Positions 41,185 to 49,311 of a stretch of DNA of 64,000 nt are shown one piece after another. Below the pieces are notes generated by a model that was not told where the DNA came from, ran no database searches, and worked only from the letters and a program-made list of their open reading frames with translations. Position 1 is the first letter of the stretch, and every line of letters begins with the position of its first letter. The position numbers and the translations under genes were made by a program. Source of the DNA: Gammaproteobacteria bacterium (GTDB lineage Bacteria > Pseudomonadota > Gammaproteobacteria > Steroidobacterales > Foliamicaceae); NCBI GenBank assembly GCA_009845905.1, contig VXYS01000013.1, positions 98,924 through 162,923 on the forward strand, in the 5' to 3' direction.

Positions 41185-42747
41185 TCAATGAAGGCTTTTC
41201 AACGGCCTTGTAAGCGGCAGTACCCGGGCGGGATTGCCCGTCATGATGTCGTTAATTTGAGCTTCCGTCATCCCCTGGTCGCGGAAATAAGGCAACAGCA
41301 CCGTATGCACATATTTCAGTCCGAAGCCCCCGAACCGGGTCAGCTGAAATTTCGTACACATGTCATGCGACACCAGGATCTGTTTTGAGTAGCCCTTTGC
41401 CACGAGCGAAAGAATGGCTTCGGCGCCACGCAGATCATTCATGCTCAACTGCCAGGGGTTTCCGAACACGTCAAACTGAAGAAAGACTCCCCGCTGCAAC
41501 AGACCCTCAAGAAATGTAAGGTCCGCCACCGCCGCGTTCGATATGTGGCCCAGGATGACGCGGGAAAGGTCCGCGCCATCTCTTTCGAGCAGGTCGAGGG
41601 CCAGCGTGAGTTTTGACATATCGTAAAAATCGCTGTGAATCGAAATGGCCGCGCCCGTCCATGAACTGGCCATCGCCGCCGCCCTAAGTACTTTCGATTC
41701 ACCCGTTACGGGCTCTGCGGAAGTGATTTTCTCTATCGGTATTTCGCCGATGATTCCCGCCTTTACCGTCGTGCCATTCACGCCGACGGTGATGTCCTCA
41801 TACATCCGCAGGGCCAGATCACGGACGCTCATGTCCATCAGCGTTACGGGATGCCAGGCGGTTCGGTAATAGCCGGTGCCCATCACAATCCGGACTCCCG
41901 TGCGCTCCGATACCTCTCTCAATTTTTCCGGTTGCCTGTTGAGTCCGATGGACGTGACGTCAACAATCGCGCCTCCCCCAAGCTCACGAAAATCGGACAC
42001 CTCATCCAGTGCGTCCTGCAGGCTGTCCAGAGTGAAGGCATCCCTGTTGGCCCACAGGCGAGCGGCCATCCCGGCGCGGTTGTGCATGGTCAAGGGCTGT
42101 CTCCATGCATTCAATTCCTCGGGAGAATTGGGCGGAGTCCGGCCGAATAGCTGGTTCCAGCGGGCCGGCTCATCGGCAGGCAACCAGAAGTCGATGAACA
42201 GATGCTCATGCATCAGTGTTTCGCCCAGCCGGTCGGGCTCTATGGCGCCCGTGACCGTGAGCACCTTGCCGATGTAATCAGGGCCGGGAGCGTTGTCAAT
42301 CTTGAGTATCAGTTTCCGACGAACTTCCGCGGCGCGGGTCATGAGAGGTTTCTCACGCAGACGGCCGACCTCCTTCTCGTCATATGGAGAAAAAGAGTCG
42401 GGGATGTTTTCCTTGTCGAACTTCCTGAGCATCCAGTTCAACAGTTCCGCCACCTCGGAATCGGAGAGACTGGCAAAGGCGACGCCGGGCACGCGAACCA
42501 GGTATTGCCGCCCGCCTTCCACCTTGAGGAAGCGGGACACCTGGCCCGCCATGTTCGGCGCGCCACCTTCGGTTCCCTCGGCATTCGTCCCGTGGCAACC
42601 TCTGCAACTCATGGTCCAGTTGAGTTCCGCGCCGGACAGGGCCGGTGCATTTTCAGGATCGGGAGGTTCCGAGGCGTTGCCGCCCACGGACAGCAGCAGC
42701 CCCGAAACGCAGACGGCGAGAAAGCGCACAGCCGGGGCCGCCGCCAC
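41185..42747 (-). CDS. Periplasmic monoheme cytochrome c fused to a phosphotriesterase-family (PTE/PHP amidohydrolase) domain
   Basis: Signal-like N-terminus (AAAPAVRFLAVCVSGLLLSVGG) and heme motif CRGCHG with APNMAG. The PTE metal-ligand set follows: LMHEHL, VKAGIIGEI, ISIHS, ILGHIS and VSHDM. The start is uncertain: GTG at 42747 touches the mauA-like stop, GTG at 42729 is an alternative, and the track start at 42822 lies inside the upstream gene. Confidence 0.7.
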   Translation of the reverse strand: MAAAPAVRFLAVCVSGLLLSVGGNASEPPDPENAPALSGAELNWTMSCRGCHGTNAEGTEGGAPNMAGQVSRFLKVEGGRQYLVRVPGVAFASLSDSEVAELLNWMLRKFDKENIPDSFSPYDEKEVGRLREKPLMTRAAEVRRKLILKIDNAPGPDYIGKVLTVTGAIEPDRLGETLMHEHLFIDFWLPADEPARWNQLFGRTPPNSPEELNAWRQPLTMHNRAGMAARLWANRDAFTLDSLQDALDEVSDFRELGGGAIVDVTSIGLNRQPEKLREVSERTGVRIVMGTGYYRTAWHPVTLMDMSVRDLALRMYEDITVGVNGTTVKAGIIGEIPIEKITSAEPVTGESKVLRAAAMASSWTGAAISIHSDFYDMSKLTLALDLLERDGADLSRVILGHISNAAVADLTFLEGLLQRGVFLQFDVFGNPWQLSMNDLRGAEAILSLVAKGYSKQILVSHDMCTKFQLTRFGGFGLKYVHTVLLPYFRDQGMTEAQINDIMTGNPARVLPLTRPLKSLH

Positions 42748-43304
42748 TACTTTTGCTGGACGGCTATGCCGACGACATTCGAGGTCGAGCAGGTAAACGT
42801 CGTTTCCCCGGAGCCCATGCACCAGAGGTAGGCCCGGCTCGACTGCGACCTGATCGGGGGCTTCGCATTGGGATCATGCGGAGAACACAAACATCTCTTG
42901 CACGTGGGTTTCCCGCAACAATCGTTGTAGGAAATGATGTAGTAGACGTCGTCGGCAGGATTGAGGCACGTTCCGATCCAGGAGAGCGGTGACATGACGG
43001 TCCCCGGCGGGCAGGCATTTGCGCTGCCTCCGCAACATGCGCATAGCGGTCCGCCGATGCCGCAGTAACGCCAGTAGTCGCAGCTCGTCTGGCTTCCCTC
43101 TTCCCCGTCACTCACCGGCGGCCTGGGGGCAACCCCTTCATAGCCCCCGGGCTCCTGGTCGGCATGGACCCTGGCCACAGGCAAAAGGGGCAGGGCGGCG
43201 CCGCCCACGAGCAGCGAACCCAGGCCGCCAAGCAGGCTGCGCCGGGAGGTGCGTTGCGCCAGTTGCCGTGTTATTTTTTCCGACAGCTTCTCTACAAACG
43301 ACAT
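42747..43304 (-). CDS. mauA: TTQ-dependent amine dehydrogenase light (small) subunit, MauA/AauA family
   Basis: Long Tat-type leader (...QRTSRRSLLGGLGSLLVGGAALPLLPV). The mature part aligns motif by motif with methylamine dehydrogenase light chains: CDYWRYC, LCACCGG, CPPGT, LSW, CLNP.D, YIISYNDCCG, RCLC, LWCMG and FTCS. Confidence 0.85.
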   Translation of the reverse strand: MSFVEKLSEKITRQLAQRTSRRSLLGGLGSLLVGGAALPLLPVARVHADQEPGGYEGVAPRPPVSDGEEGSQTSCDYWRYCGIGGPLCACCGGSANACPPGTVMSPLSWIGTCLNPADDVYYIISYNDCCGKPTCKRCLCSPHDPNAKPPIRSQSSRAYLWCMGSGETTFTCSTSNVVGIAVQQK

Positions 43305-43341
43305 ATGCCCCTCCCGGGCCGAAAGTGATTGCGGGACCCGG

Positions 43342-43992
43342 TCATTGAGGCCGCACGTTGGCGCTATCGGGCGCCTTGATGCCGAAATCGACCAGTTCCA
43401 GGTGTTCCTGTATGGTCGAGACCTTCATCACTTGCGTTTCGATCAGACTCTCCAGGTGCTCGCGCGAATTTGTCAGCCCCAGTCCGCTGATTCGACCGTC
43501 GTCATCGATGAGTACCGCGAACGGCAGTTGACTGACCCCGAACTCAATACCGAGCGACTGCGACAAGACGTACGGGTAACTGCCGATCCTGTGCCTGTCG
43601 ATAAACTCGACGTGCGCGTCGCGCGATTCGCCATCGCTGGCGAACACAAGGTCAAGCCAGCCACGCTCCCTGGCCGCGATTGACTTGATGGCCGGCAGCA
43701 GGGTCTTGCAGATCGGACACCCGGGAGCGAGGAAAAATATCAGCTGCGCCTTGTCTTTGCTGGCGGCATCGGCGGGTTTGCCGATTTCGATTTTTCCTCC
43801 GTCGATCGTGTCCAGACGCATCGTCGGAGCGACATCGCCGCCGGCCAGCTTCCTGTTCATCGCGAGCGCGCCCACCGGTGCGATTCGCTCGAACAGGACC
43901 CCAACCTGACGCGCAAGGGCAAAGGCAATGACGCCGAGCGCCAATACCAGGATCCAGAGGATCAGATTGGAAACTACGAGAAAACTGGTCAT
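43342..43992 (-). CDS. mauD: MauD-like thiol-disulfide oxidoreductase (membrane-anchored redoxin)
   Basis: Start at the ATG at 43992, giving an ATGA overlap with the mauE-like stop. It has an N-terminal TM helix and a thioredoxin-fold motif FLAPGCPICK. Its position between mauE and mauA matches known clusters. Confidence 0.8.
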   Translation of the reverse strand: MTSFLVVSNLILWILVLALGVIAFALARQVGVLFERIAPVGALAMNRKLAGGDVAPTMRLDTIDGGKIEIGKPADAASKDKAQLIFFLAPGCPICKTLLPAIKSIAARERGWLDLVFASDGESRDAHVEFIDRHRIGSYPYVLSQSLGIEFGVSQLPFAVLIDDDGRISGLGLTNSREHLESLIETQVMKVSTIQEHLELVDFGIKAPDSANVRPQ

Positions 43993-44558
43993 GCTGTTGA
44001 GTTCGGGGTCAGATAACTTCTGTTCGCAAGCAACGTATCGACCAGGACATACAGCATACCGGCGGCCAGTACCATCAACGGCAGATGGAGCCAATCAATG
44101 GTTTGCAGCTCACGCGCGGTGACGGGCAGCACGCCGGCCAGACAAATCAGGATCAGGACGCCATTCCGGCAGAGATGCCAGGCCGAGATCAGTGATCGTT
44201 GCTTCCGAAAGGAGCAACCGCAGTCTATTTCTCGATTTCCTCTTGCAAGAGAGTAAGCCATCAACAACAGGTACGCGAACAGGAGCGCCGCGCCCGCAGC
44301 AAATCCACCCATTCCGAGAATCCGCAATTGCGGGAACAGGAGAGACGTCAAGAGCGCGAGTCCGATAGTCGTCTCAACCGCCACGACCAGGCCCGCGGCG
44401 AGGGCAAGCAGATTCGGACGAACGACGTCATATTTCCCCAGCAGCGAAACAAATCGTTCAAAATCCCTGAACTTGTGGAACCCGCCGGACAGGAAAAATC
44501 CCGCCAGGAAAAGAGCGATAAGCCAATGCGCCAGCGGATCGATCATGGGCCAGCTCAT
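43989..44558 (-). CDS. mauE: MauE-like integral membrane protein (amine dehydrogenase maturation)
   Basis: Start at the ATG at 44558, giving an ATGA overlap with the mauB-like stop. It has about 4-5 TM helices, with GGFHKFRDFERFVSLLGKYDVV and a CGC motif (EIDCGCSF). Confidence 0.75.
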   Translation of the reverse strand: MSWPMIDPLAHWLIALFLAGFFLSGGFHKFRDFERFVSLLGKYDVVRPNLLALAAGLVVAVETTIGLALLTSLLFPQLRILGMGGFAAGAALLFAYLLLMAYSLARGNREIDCGCSFRKQRSLISAWHLCRNGVLILICLAGVLPVTARELQTIDWLHLPLMVLAAGMLYVLVDTLLANRSYLTPNSTA

Positions 44559-45709
44559 TTGTTGGTGTGGATCAGCTGAAACGTCGTCGCGTCTTCCCAC
44601 CAGCCTCCTATCTCCTGGATGAATTCTCCGGTTTTCGCTTCATAAACGCCGAATCCATTTCCGGAAAGCAATACCAGGTGGGGGCTGTCTCCCCCCGTGA
44701 CTGCAAGCGCGGATGCGTCCTTGCGTAACCCGATGCGCCCGACGCGCTTTCGGGCTGCCGGATCGAACGACCAGACTTCGGATGTGCCCCCGATGCGCGC
44801 GCCGTCTTCTTCAACCCTGTGCATCAGCACGTAGAGAGTTCCGGAGCGGTCGACATCAACCGTTTCACGCCTTACGGGCCGCCAGCGGTCCTGCTCTTCT
44901 TCGTCGCTGATCAGGCTCCAGTCCGGAAGAACTACCGGCTTGGCGCCTGACAGATCGACCGGTTGCAACCTGCCGAACTGAGTCGGGAAATAAAAAATCT
45001 GATCGAAGACGCCCGGTGTCATGTACATGGCATCGTTATCGATATCGTTGAACGGATCGGTCAGCCCCTCTTCAATCACGTCGCCGGACGCATTCAAGGT
45101 GAAGTGGGCCAGGGATCCGTCGCCGCACAGCGTGAAGAAACTCTGGTCCGCATACGGATAGATGAAAGTGCAGCCCGGAATCTGGACTTCACCCGCAACA
45201 ATCCTTTGTTCCATGTCGACGACCGTGACGGATGCGGCGGGCGTGAAGTTGTAGAGAAGCAGGAATCGCTCATTGCCGGTCAGGCGCGTCATCGCGGTTC
45301 GGGGGCTCATGAATGCCCGCTTGTTGCCGGGCAGCGGGACCTTGCCGATTGCCTGCAGGTTTGCCTGTTCGTATATCGTCACCAGATCGCTGCGCCGACC
45401 GTAGCCCACGTTTTCGTAGTAGCTCTCGGCAACGTAGAGCTCGGCGCGTTTTTTCGACCAGGCAAGGCCTGCGAACTGCGCCCCCTGAAACTGGCCTTTC
45501 ACCTGATCGGTTTTCGCGGCAACGTCTATGATGATGTAGCCGCCCAGCACCATCGTCGGATAGTTGAAGTCCTGAACGATGACCCAGCTTTCGGGATATT
45601 CCCCGGGGAGCGTGCGCGAATTGGGAATGGTGTCCAGAGGAACCTGCGCCAAGGCGCCGGCCGAAAAAATCGACAGCATCAGCAGGGAGGACAGTACGGC
45701 CAGGAACAC
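44555..45709 (-). CDS. mauB: TTQ amine dehydrogenase heavy (large) subunit, MauB/AauB family beta-propeller
   Basis: 384 aa with a signal peptide (FLAVLSSLLMLSIFSAGALA). It is collinear with methylamine dehydrogenase heavy chains (ELYVAESYY...RRSDLVTIY, FLLLYNFTPAASVTVVD, CGDGSL, LYVLMH) and sits first in a B-E-D-A gene order. Confidence 0.8.
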   Translation of the reverse strand: MFLAVLSSLLMLSIFSAGALAQVPLDTIPNSRTLPGEYPESWVIVQDFNYPTMVLGGYIIIDVAAKTDQVKGQFQGAQFAGLAWSKKRAELYVAESYYENVGYGRRSDLVTIYEQANLQAIGKVPLPGNKRAFMSPRTAMTRLTGNERFLLLYNFTPAASVTVVDMEQRIVAGEVQIPGCTFIYPYADQSFFTLCGDGSLAHFTLNASGDVIEEGLTDPFNDIDNDAMYMTPGVFDQIFYFPTQFGRLQPVDLSGAKPVVLPDWSLISDEEEQDRWRPVRRETVDVDRSGTLYVLMHRVEEDGARIGGTSEVWSFDPAARKRVGRIGLRKDASALAVTGGDSPHLVLLSGNGFGVYEAKTGEFIQEIGGWWEDATTFQLIHTNK

Positions 45710-45772
45710 GGGAACTTGCAGCCTTGGAGGAAAGATATACTAATATACTCGGGCGGGAAGGGGTAGTTCATC

Positions 45773-46267
45773 ATGCACGTGAAAACAGGATACCTGACCT
45801 TACTCGGGGCTCTTCACCTGTTGTTTCCGTTGCAGCCCTCATATGCACAGTCACTGCGCCCGACACTGGATTCCGATGCGGCGCAGACCATCATTGAAGC
45901 GTGCAAGCGGAAAGCCCTGGAAAACGACTGGAAAATGGCGATCGCCATTTACGACGACAGGGCGACTCTCCTGGCTTTCCTGAGGATGGACGGCGTCAAG
46001 ACCGGCAACGTCAGGATCGCGCTTCTCAAGGCGGAGGCAGCGGCAAGCTATGGCCGGCCGACGAAACTGTGGGCCGAGCGCGCGGAGAAGAATCCCGCTT
46101 ACCTGGGGCTGCCCGCCTTTCCCGGATTCGGCGGAGGGGAAGCCATTTTTGCGAGCGATGGGACGTTGCTGGGCGGGGTCGGTGTATCCGGTTCGTCGGA
46201 CAGCAACGACGCCGCCTGTGCGCAGGCAGGTATTCTGGCGGCTGAATTGCAATTCCAGACAAATTGA
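45773..46267 (+). CDS. Secreted GlcG/HbpS-like (DUF336) putative heme-binding protein
   Basis: Signal peptide LLGALHLLFPLQPSYAQS, then a DUF336 core (AIAIYDDRATLLAFLRMDG...ALLKAEAAASYGRPT...GGVGVSGSSDSNDAACAQAG). Confidence 0.7.
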   Translation: MHVKTGYLTLLGALHLLFPLQPSYAQSLRPTLDSDAAQTIIEACKRKALENDWKMAIAIYDDRATLLAFLRMDGVKTGNVRIALLKAEAAASYGRPTKLWAERAEKNPAYLGLPAFPGFGGGEAIFASDGTLLGGVGVSGSSDSNDAACAQAGILAAELQFQTN

Positions 46268-46309
46268 GATAATTGTCGGCTGAATGACGTTATCGACGGA
46301 ACTTAGGGT

Positions 46310-47029
46310 GTGAATCGAACGAATTTAAACATTCTGGACATGAAAGTGGCGCCGCTGAGGGTGAAGGTGGCGCATATGCTCCGTGAGGAGATCACCTCGG
46401 GGCGACTTCCGCTTGGATCTCAGATTTCCGAGCAAAGCATAGCGGAAGACCTGCAGATCAGCCGGACTCCCGTACGGGAAGCGATCATGTCGCTTGCCGT
46501 CGAGGGGCTCGTGGATGTCAGGCCCCAGTCCGGCACCTACGTTTTTGGCCCCGACCCCGATGAAATCGTGTCGATCTGCCAGATGCGTCTCGTGTTGGAA
46601 TCGGCGGCTCTCAAGATTCTGGCGAAATCCGACCACAAGGAAATTTTCGTTCAGACATTGGTCGACAACGTGAGACAGGCCGCCAAGGCGCTCAGCGTCA
46701 ATCTCGAAGAGTGTCATCAACTGGACACCGCTTTTCACCGCGCACTGATCGAGGCGAGCGAGAATCCTTTCCTTATTCAGTCCTATCACGGCATTTCCAA
46801 CAGATTGCATGCTCTAAGGCAACTGTTGCCGTTCACGAAGACCCGGTTGAATGCCGCGCTGAAACAGCATCGTCAATTGATTGCGGCCATCAAGCAAAAC
46901 GACATAAAGGGCGCGCAGTCGATTATTGAAGAGCATATTGCCAACGTCGAGGCCATGCTCCTTGAAAGGCTCGACAAGCCCAGGGGCAGTCACACGGTGA
47001 TTCGCTCGCGCGGTTCCAAGCGCGCTTAG
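46310..47029 (+). CDS. GntR-family transcriptional regulator (FadR/FCD subfamily)
   Basis: N-terminal winged HTH (GSQISEQSIAEDLQISRTPVREAIMSLAVEGLVDVRPQSGTYV) and a C-terminal all-helical FCD-like domain. It has a GTG start. Confidence 0.85.
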   Translation: MNRTNLNILDMKVAPLRVKVAHMLREEITSGRLPLGSQISEQSIAEDLQISRTPVREAIMSLAVEGLVDVRPQSGTYVFGPDPDEIVSICQMRLVLESAALKILAKSDHKEIFVQTLVDNVRQAAKALSVNLEECHQLDTAFHRALIEASENPFLIQSYHGISNRLHALRQLLPFTKTRLNAALKQHRQLIAAIKQNDIKGAQSIIEEHIANVEAMLLERLDKPRGSHTVIRSRGSKRA

Positions 47030-47076
47030 TCTCGCTTTGGCATGAGCCACGCTGCGGCGGCGCCCGGCGCAGGCCG

Positions 47077-48489
47077 CTATCTGGGCGTCGGATGGGCAAC
47101 CCCGCCCTTGATCACCATTTCGATCGAGCAGAGCGCATCGATGTCTTTCGTCGGGTCCGTCGAGGTGGCGATAACGTCTGCGTAGTATCCCTCCTGGATT
47201 CTGCCGATTTGGTCCGCCATGCCCAGATTCTCCGCGGCATTGACCAGAGAGGCCAGCAAGGCCTCCTCGTTGGAAAGACCGGCTTCCACCAGCAGGCCGA
47301 ACTCTCCGCAGTTCTTGCCGTGACCGTCCATGCCGGAATCCGAACCCAGGGCAATCCTTATTCCCGCTTCGTGCGCCTTGCGGGTTGCCGTGAGCATCTG
47401 AGGACCCACGACAAGGGCCTTTTCCTTTTGAGCTGCGGGAAGGGGAGAATCCTCCAGTTCCGCCCAGCGCGAAATGGTATCGCCCGCCAGAAGCGTCGGG
47501 ACCAGAAAGGCGCCACTCTCCCTGAAGCGAAGAATGCTGCTTTCGTCCAGAAAAGTGCCGTGCTCTATGGAATCGGCGCCCGCGTCCAAAGCGGCATTGA
47601 TTCCGTCCAGGCCGTGGGCATGGGCCGCAACCCTTCGCCCCAGGGAATGGGCGGTATCGACTATTGATTCCAGCTCCGCGCTTGTGAACTGTTGACCTAC
47701 GCCGGCGCTGGCTGCGCTGAGAACGCCTCCTGTGGATGTCAACTTGATGGCTTCCGCCGAGTCTCTGATTTGCCGTCGCACGGCCTTGGCGCACTCGTCC
47801 GCACCGTCGCACACGCCGGAAGGAGTAAAAAATTCGAAAAGTCCGTGCCGAAACCCGGTACTCCTGTCAATATGTCCGCCTGTCGGGGTAATGGTCTGCC
47901 CCGACGCCAGGATTCTTGGACCGGCAACGTCACCGCGGCTGATTCCATCACGCAGCGCATATATCGAATCGGGTCCCCGGGCGCCCAGGTCGCGAACCGT
48001 AGTAAACCCGGCCAAAAGAGTCCTCTTGGCGGCCGCCGCGCCAAGAATGGCGCGGTCCGCGTCCGAAAGAACCACAAAGCCCAGGCGCCTGTTACCTACC
48101 GGCAGCGCGGTGAGATGGACATGTCCGTCTATCAGCCCTGGAAGAACGTAACTGTCCTTGAGATCAATCAGTGTCGCGGAGCTCGAATCCTCAAACCCCA
48201 ACTCCCCGGGGGTGGGAAAACCATCCTCCACTCGCGCGACCTTGTCCCCGACGATCACGATCGTCCTGGATTTGGTGGATTCCAGGGCCCCGTCGACGGG
48301 AGTTATCAAGGTGCCCGCATGGATAATGGCGACATTCTCGGCAGGGACGGGATTGCCCACCAGCAGAAACACCAACCCGACTATCAAACACCGTGCCCTC
48401 CGTGCCTGAACGGCCACGGAATTACCGGCCAGAGACGGGGTATGCAGGAGAATTCTGGCTTCCGGCTGACTCAAGATCATTGTTCCCAC
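47077..48489 (-). CDS. Amidohydrolase-superfamily metallohydrolase (imidazolonepropionase/Xaa-Pro-dipeptidase-like), probably exported
   Basis: It has a hydrophobic leader (CLIVGLVFLLVGNPVPAEN), the motif PGLIDGHVHL, a later AHAHG, and IEHGTF. The start is uncertain. Confidence 0.7.
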   Translation of the reverse strand: MGTMILSQPEARILLHTPSLAGNSVAVQARRARCLIVGLVFLLVGNPVPAENVAIIHAGTLITPVDGALESTKSRTIVIVGDKVARVEDGFPTPGELGFEDSSSATLIDLKDSYVLPGLIDGHVHLTALPVGNRRLGFVVLSDADRAILGAAAAKRTLLAGFTTVRDLGARGPDSIYALRDGISRGDVAGPRILASGQTITPTGGHIDRSTGFRHGLFEFFTPSGVCDGADECAKAVRRQIRDSAEAIKLTSTGGVLSAASAGVGQQFTSAELESIVDTAHSLGRRVAAHAHGLDGINAALDAGADSIEHGTFLDESSILRFRESGAFLVPTLLAGDTISRWAELEDSPLPAAQKEKALVVGPQMLTATRKAHEAGIRIALGSDSGMDGHGKNCGEFGLLVEAGLSNEEALLASLVNAAENLGMADQIGRIQEGYYADVIATSTDPTKDIDALCSIEMVIKGGVAHPTPR

Positions 48490-48603
48490 AATTCTGAAAT
48501 ACTATGTTAATTCACCCTTGCTATTGTGAAATGCAGAGCCATGGGACGAGTCCGGTAGCGTGACAGACGTGATGACAATAAAACCCGGTTCGAGGCCTCG
48601 GGC

Positions 48604-49311
48604 GTGAGCGGTCTATCTGCAAGCTTCAAGACTGTCGGCGTCCTGGGCGGCATGGGTCCGGACGCGACCATCGACTTCCTGTCTGAAGTGGTCTCGCTCA
48701 CCAAGGCCGGCTGTGACCAGGACCACATCCCGATGCTGGTCGACAACAACACCAAGGTGCCGAACAGGCAGGCCGCCATCCTGGGAGACGGCGATGATCC
48801 GGGTCCGATCATCGGGCAGATGGGACGGCGGCTGGAGGCCGCCGGCGCCGACTTCCTCGTGATGCCGTGCAACTCCGCGCATGCCTTTCTGGAGCCGCTA
48901 GCGGAACTCACGACCATACCGCTGATATCGATCATTGAAGTGACCGCCGACGCCTGCAATGACTGCTCGAGCGTCGGGATTCTCGCAACGGACGGCTGCC
49001 TCGAGTTCGGAGGTTTCCAGCAAGCCCTGCGCGACCGGGGCATTGCGCCCGTTGTTCCCGACGCACCGGATGTGGCCGGGCTCATGCGACTGATCACCCG
49101 AATCAAGGCAGGCGACAAGGGCCCCGAAGTCCAGCGGTTAATGCGCGTTCTCGCCGGGACGCTGGTCGAGCAGGGGGCCGAGGCAATCATCGCCGGCTGC
49201 ACCGAGATCCCGCTTGTTCTAAGCGAAGGCGAACTGCCCGTTCCGGTCATCAGCTCTACCCGGGCACTGGCCAGGGCGACGGTTGCGGCGGCGGTGGCGG
49301 AGAGTCGATGA
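48604..49311 (+). CDS. Aspartate/glutamate racemase family protein (aspartate racemase-like)
   Basis: Shows GVLGGMGPDATIDF plus the two catalytic-Cys contexts MPCNSAH and AGCTEIP. Confidence 0.8.
   Translation: MSGLSASFKTVGVLGGMGPDATIDFLSEVVSLTKAGCDQDHIPMLVDNNTKVPNRQAAILGDGDDPGPIIGQMGRRLEAAGADFLVMPCNSAHAFLEPLAELTTIPLISIIEVTADACNDCSSVGILATDGCLEFGGFQQALRDRGIAPVVPDAPDVAGLMRLITRIKAGDKGPEVQRLMRVLAGTLVEQGAEAIIAGCTEIPLVLSEGELPVPVISSTRALARATVAAAVAESR

Noticed and set aside
41132-46309. Hidden amicyanin (mauC) or mauG genes in gaps of the mau-like cluster
   Set aside because: The gaps are only 37 nt (43305-43341), 53 nt (41132-41184) and 63 nt (45710-45772). No ORF shows cupredoxin Cu-ligand spacing or two CxxCH motifs. 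The alternative-frame ORFs in the region are antisense artefacts.
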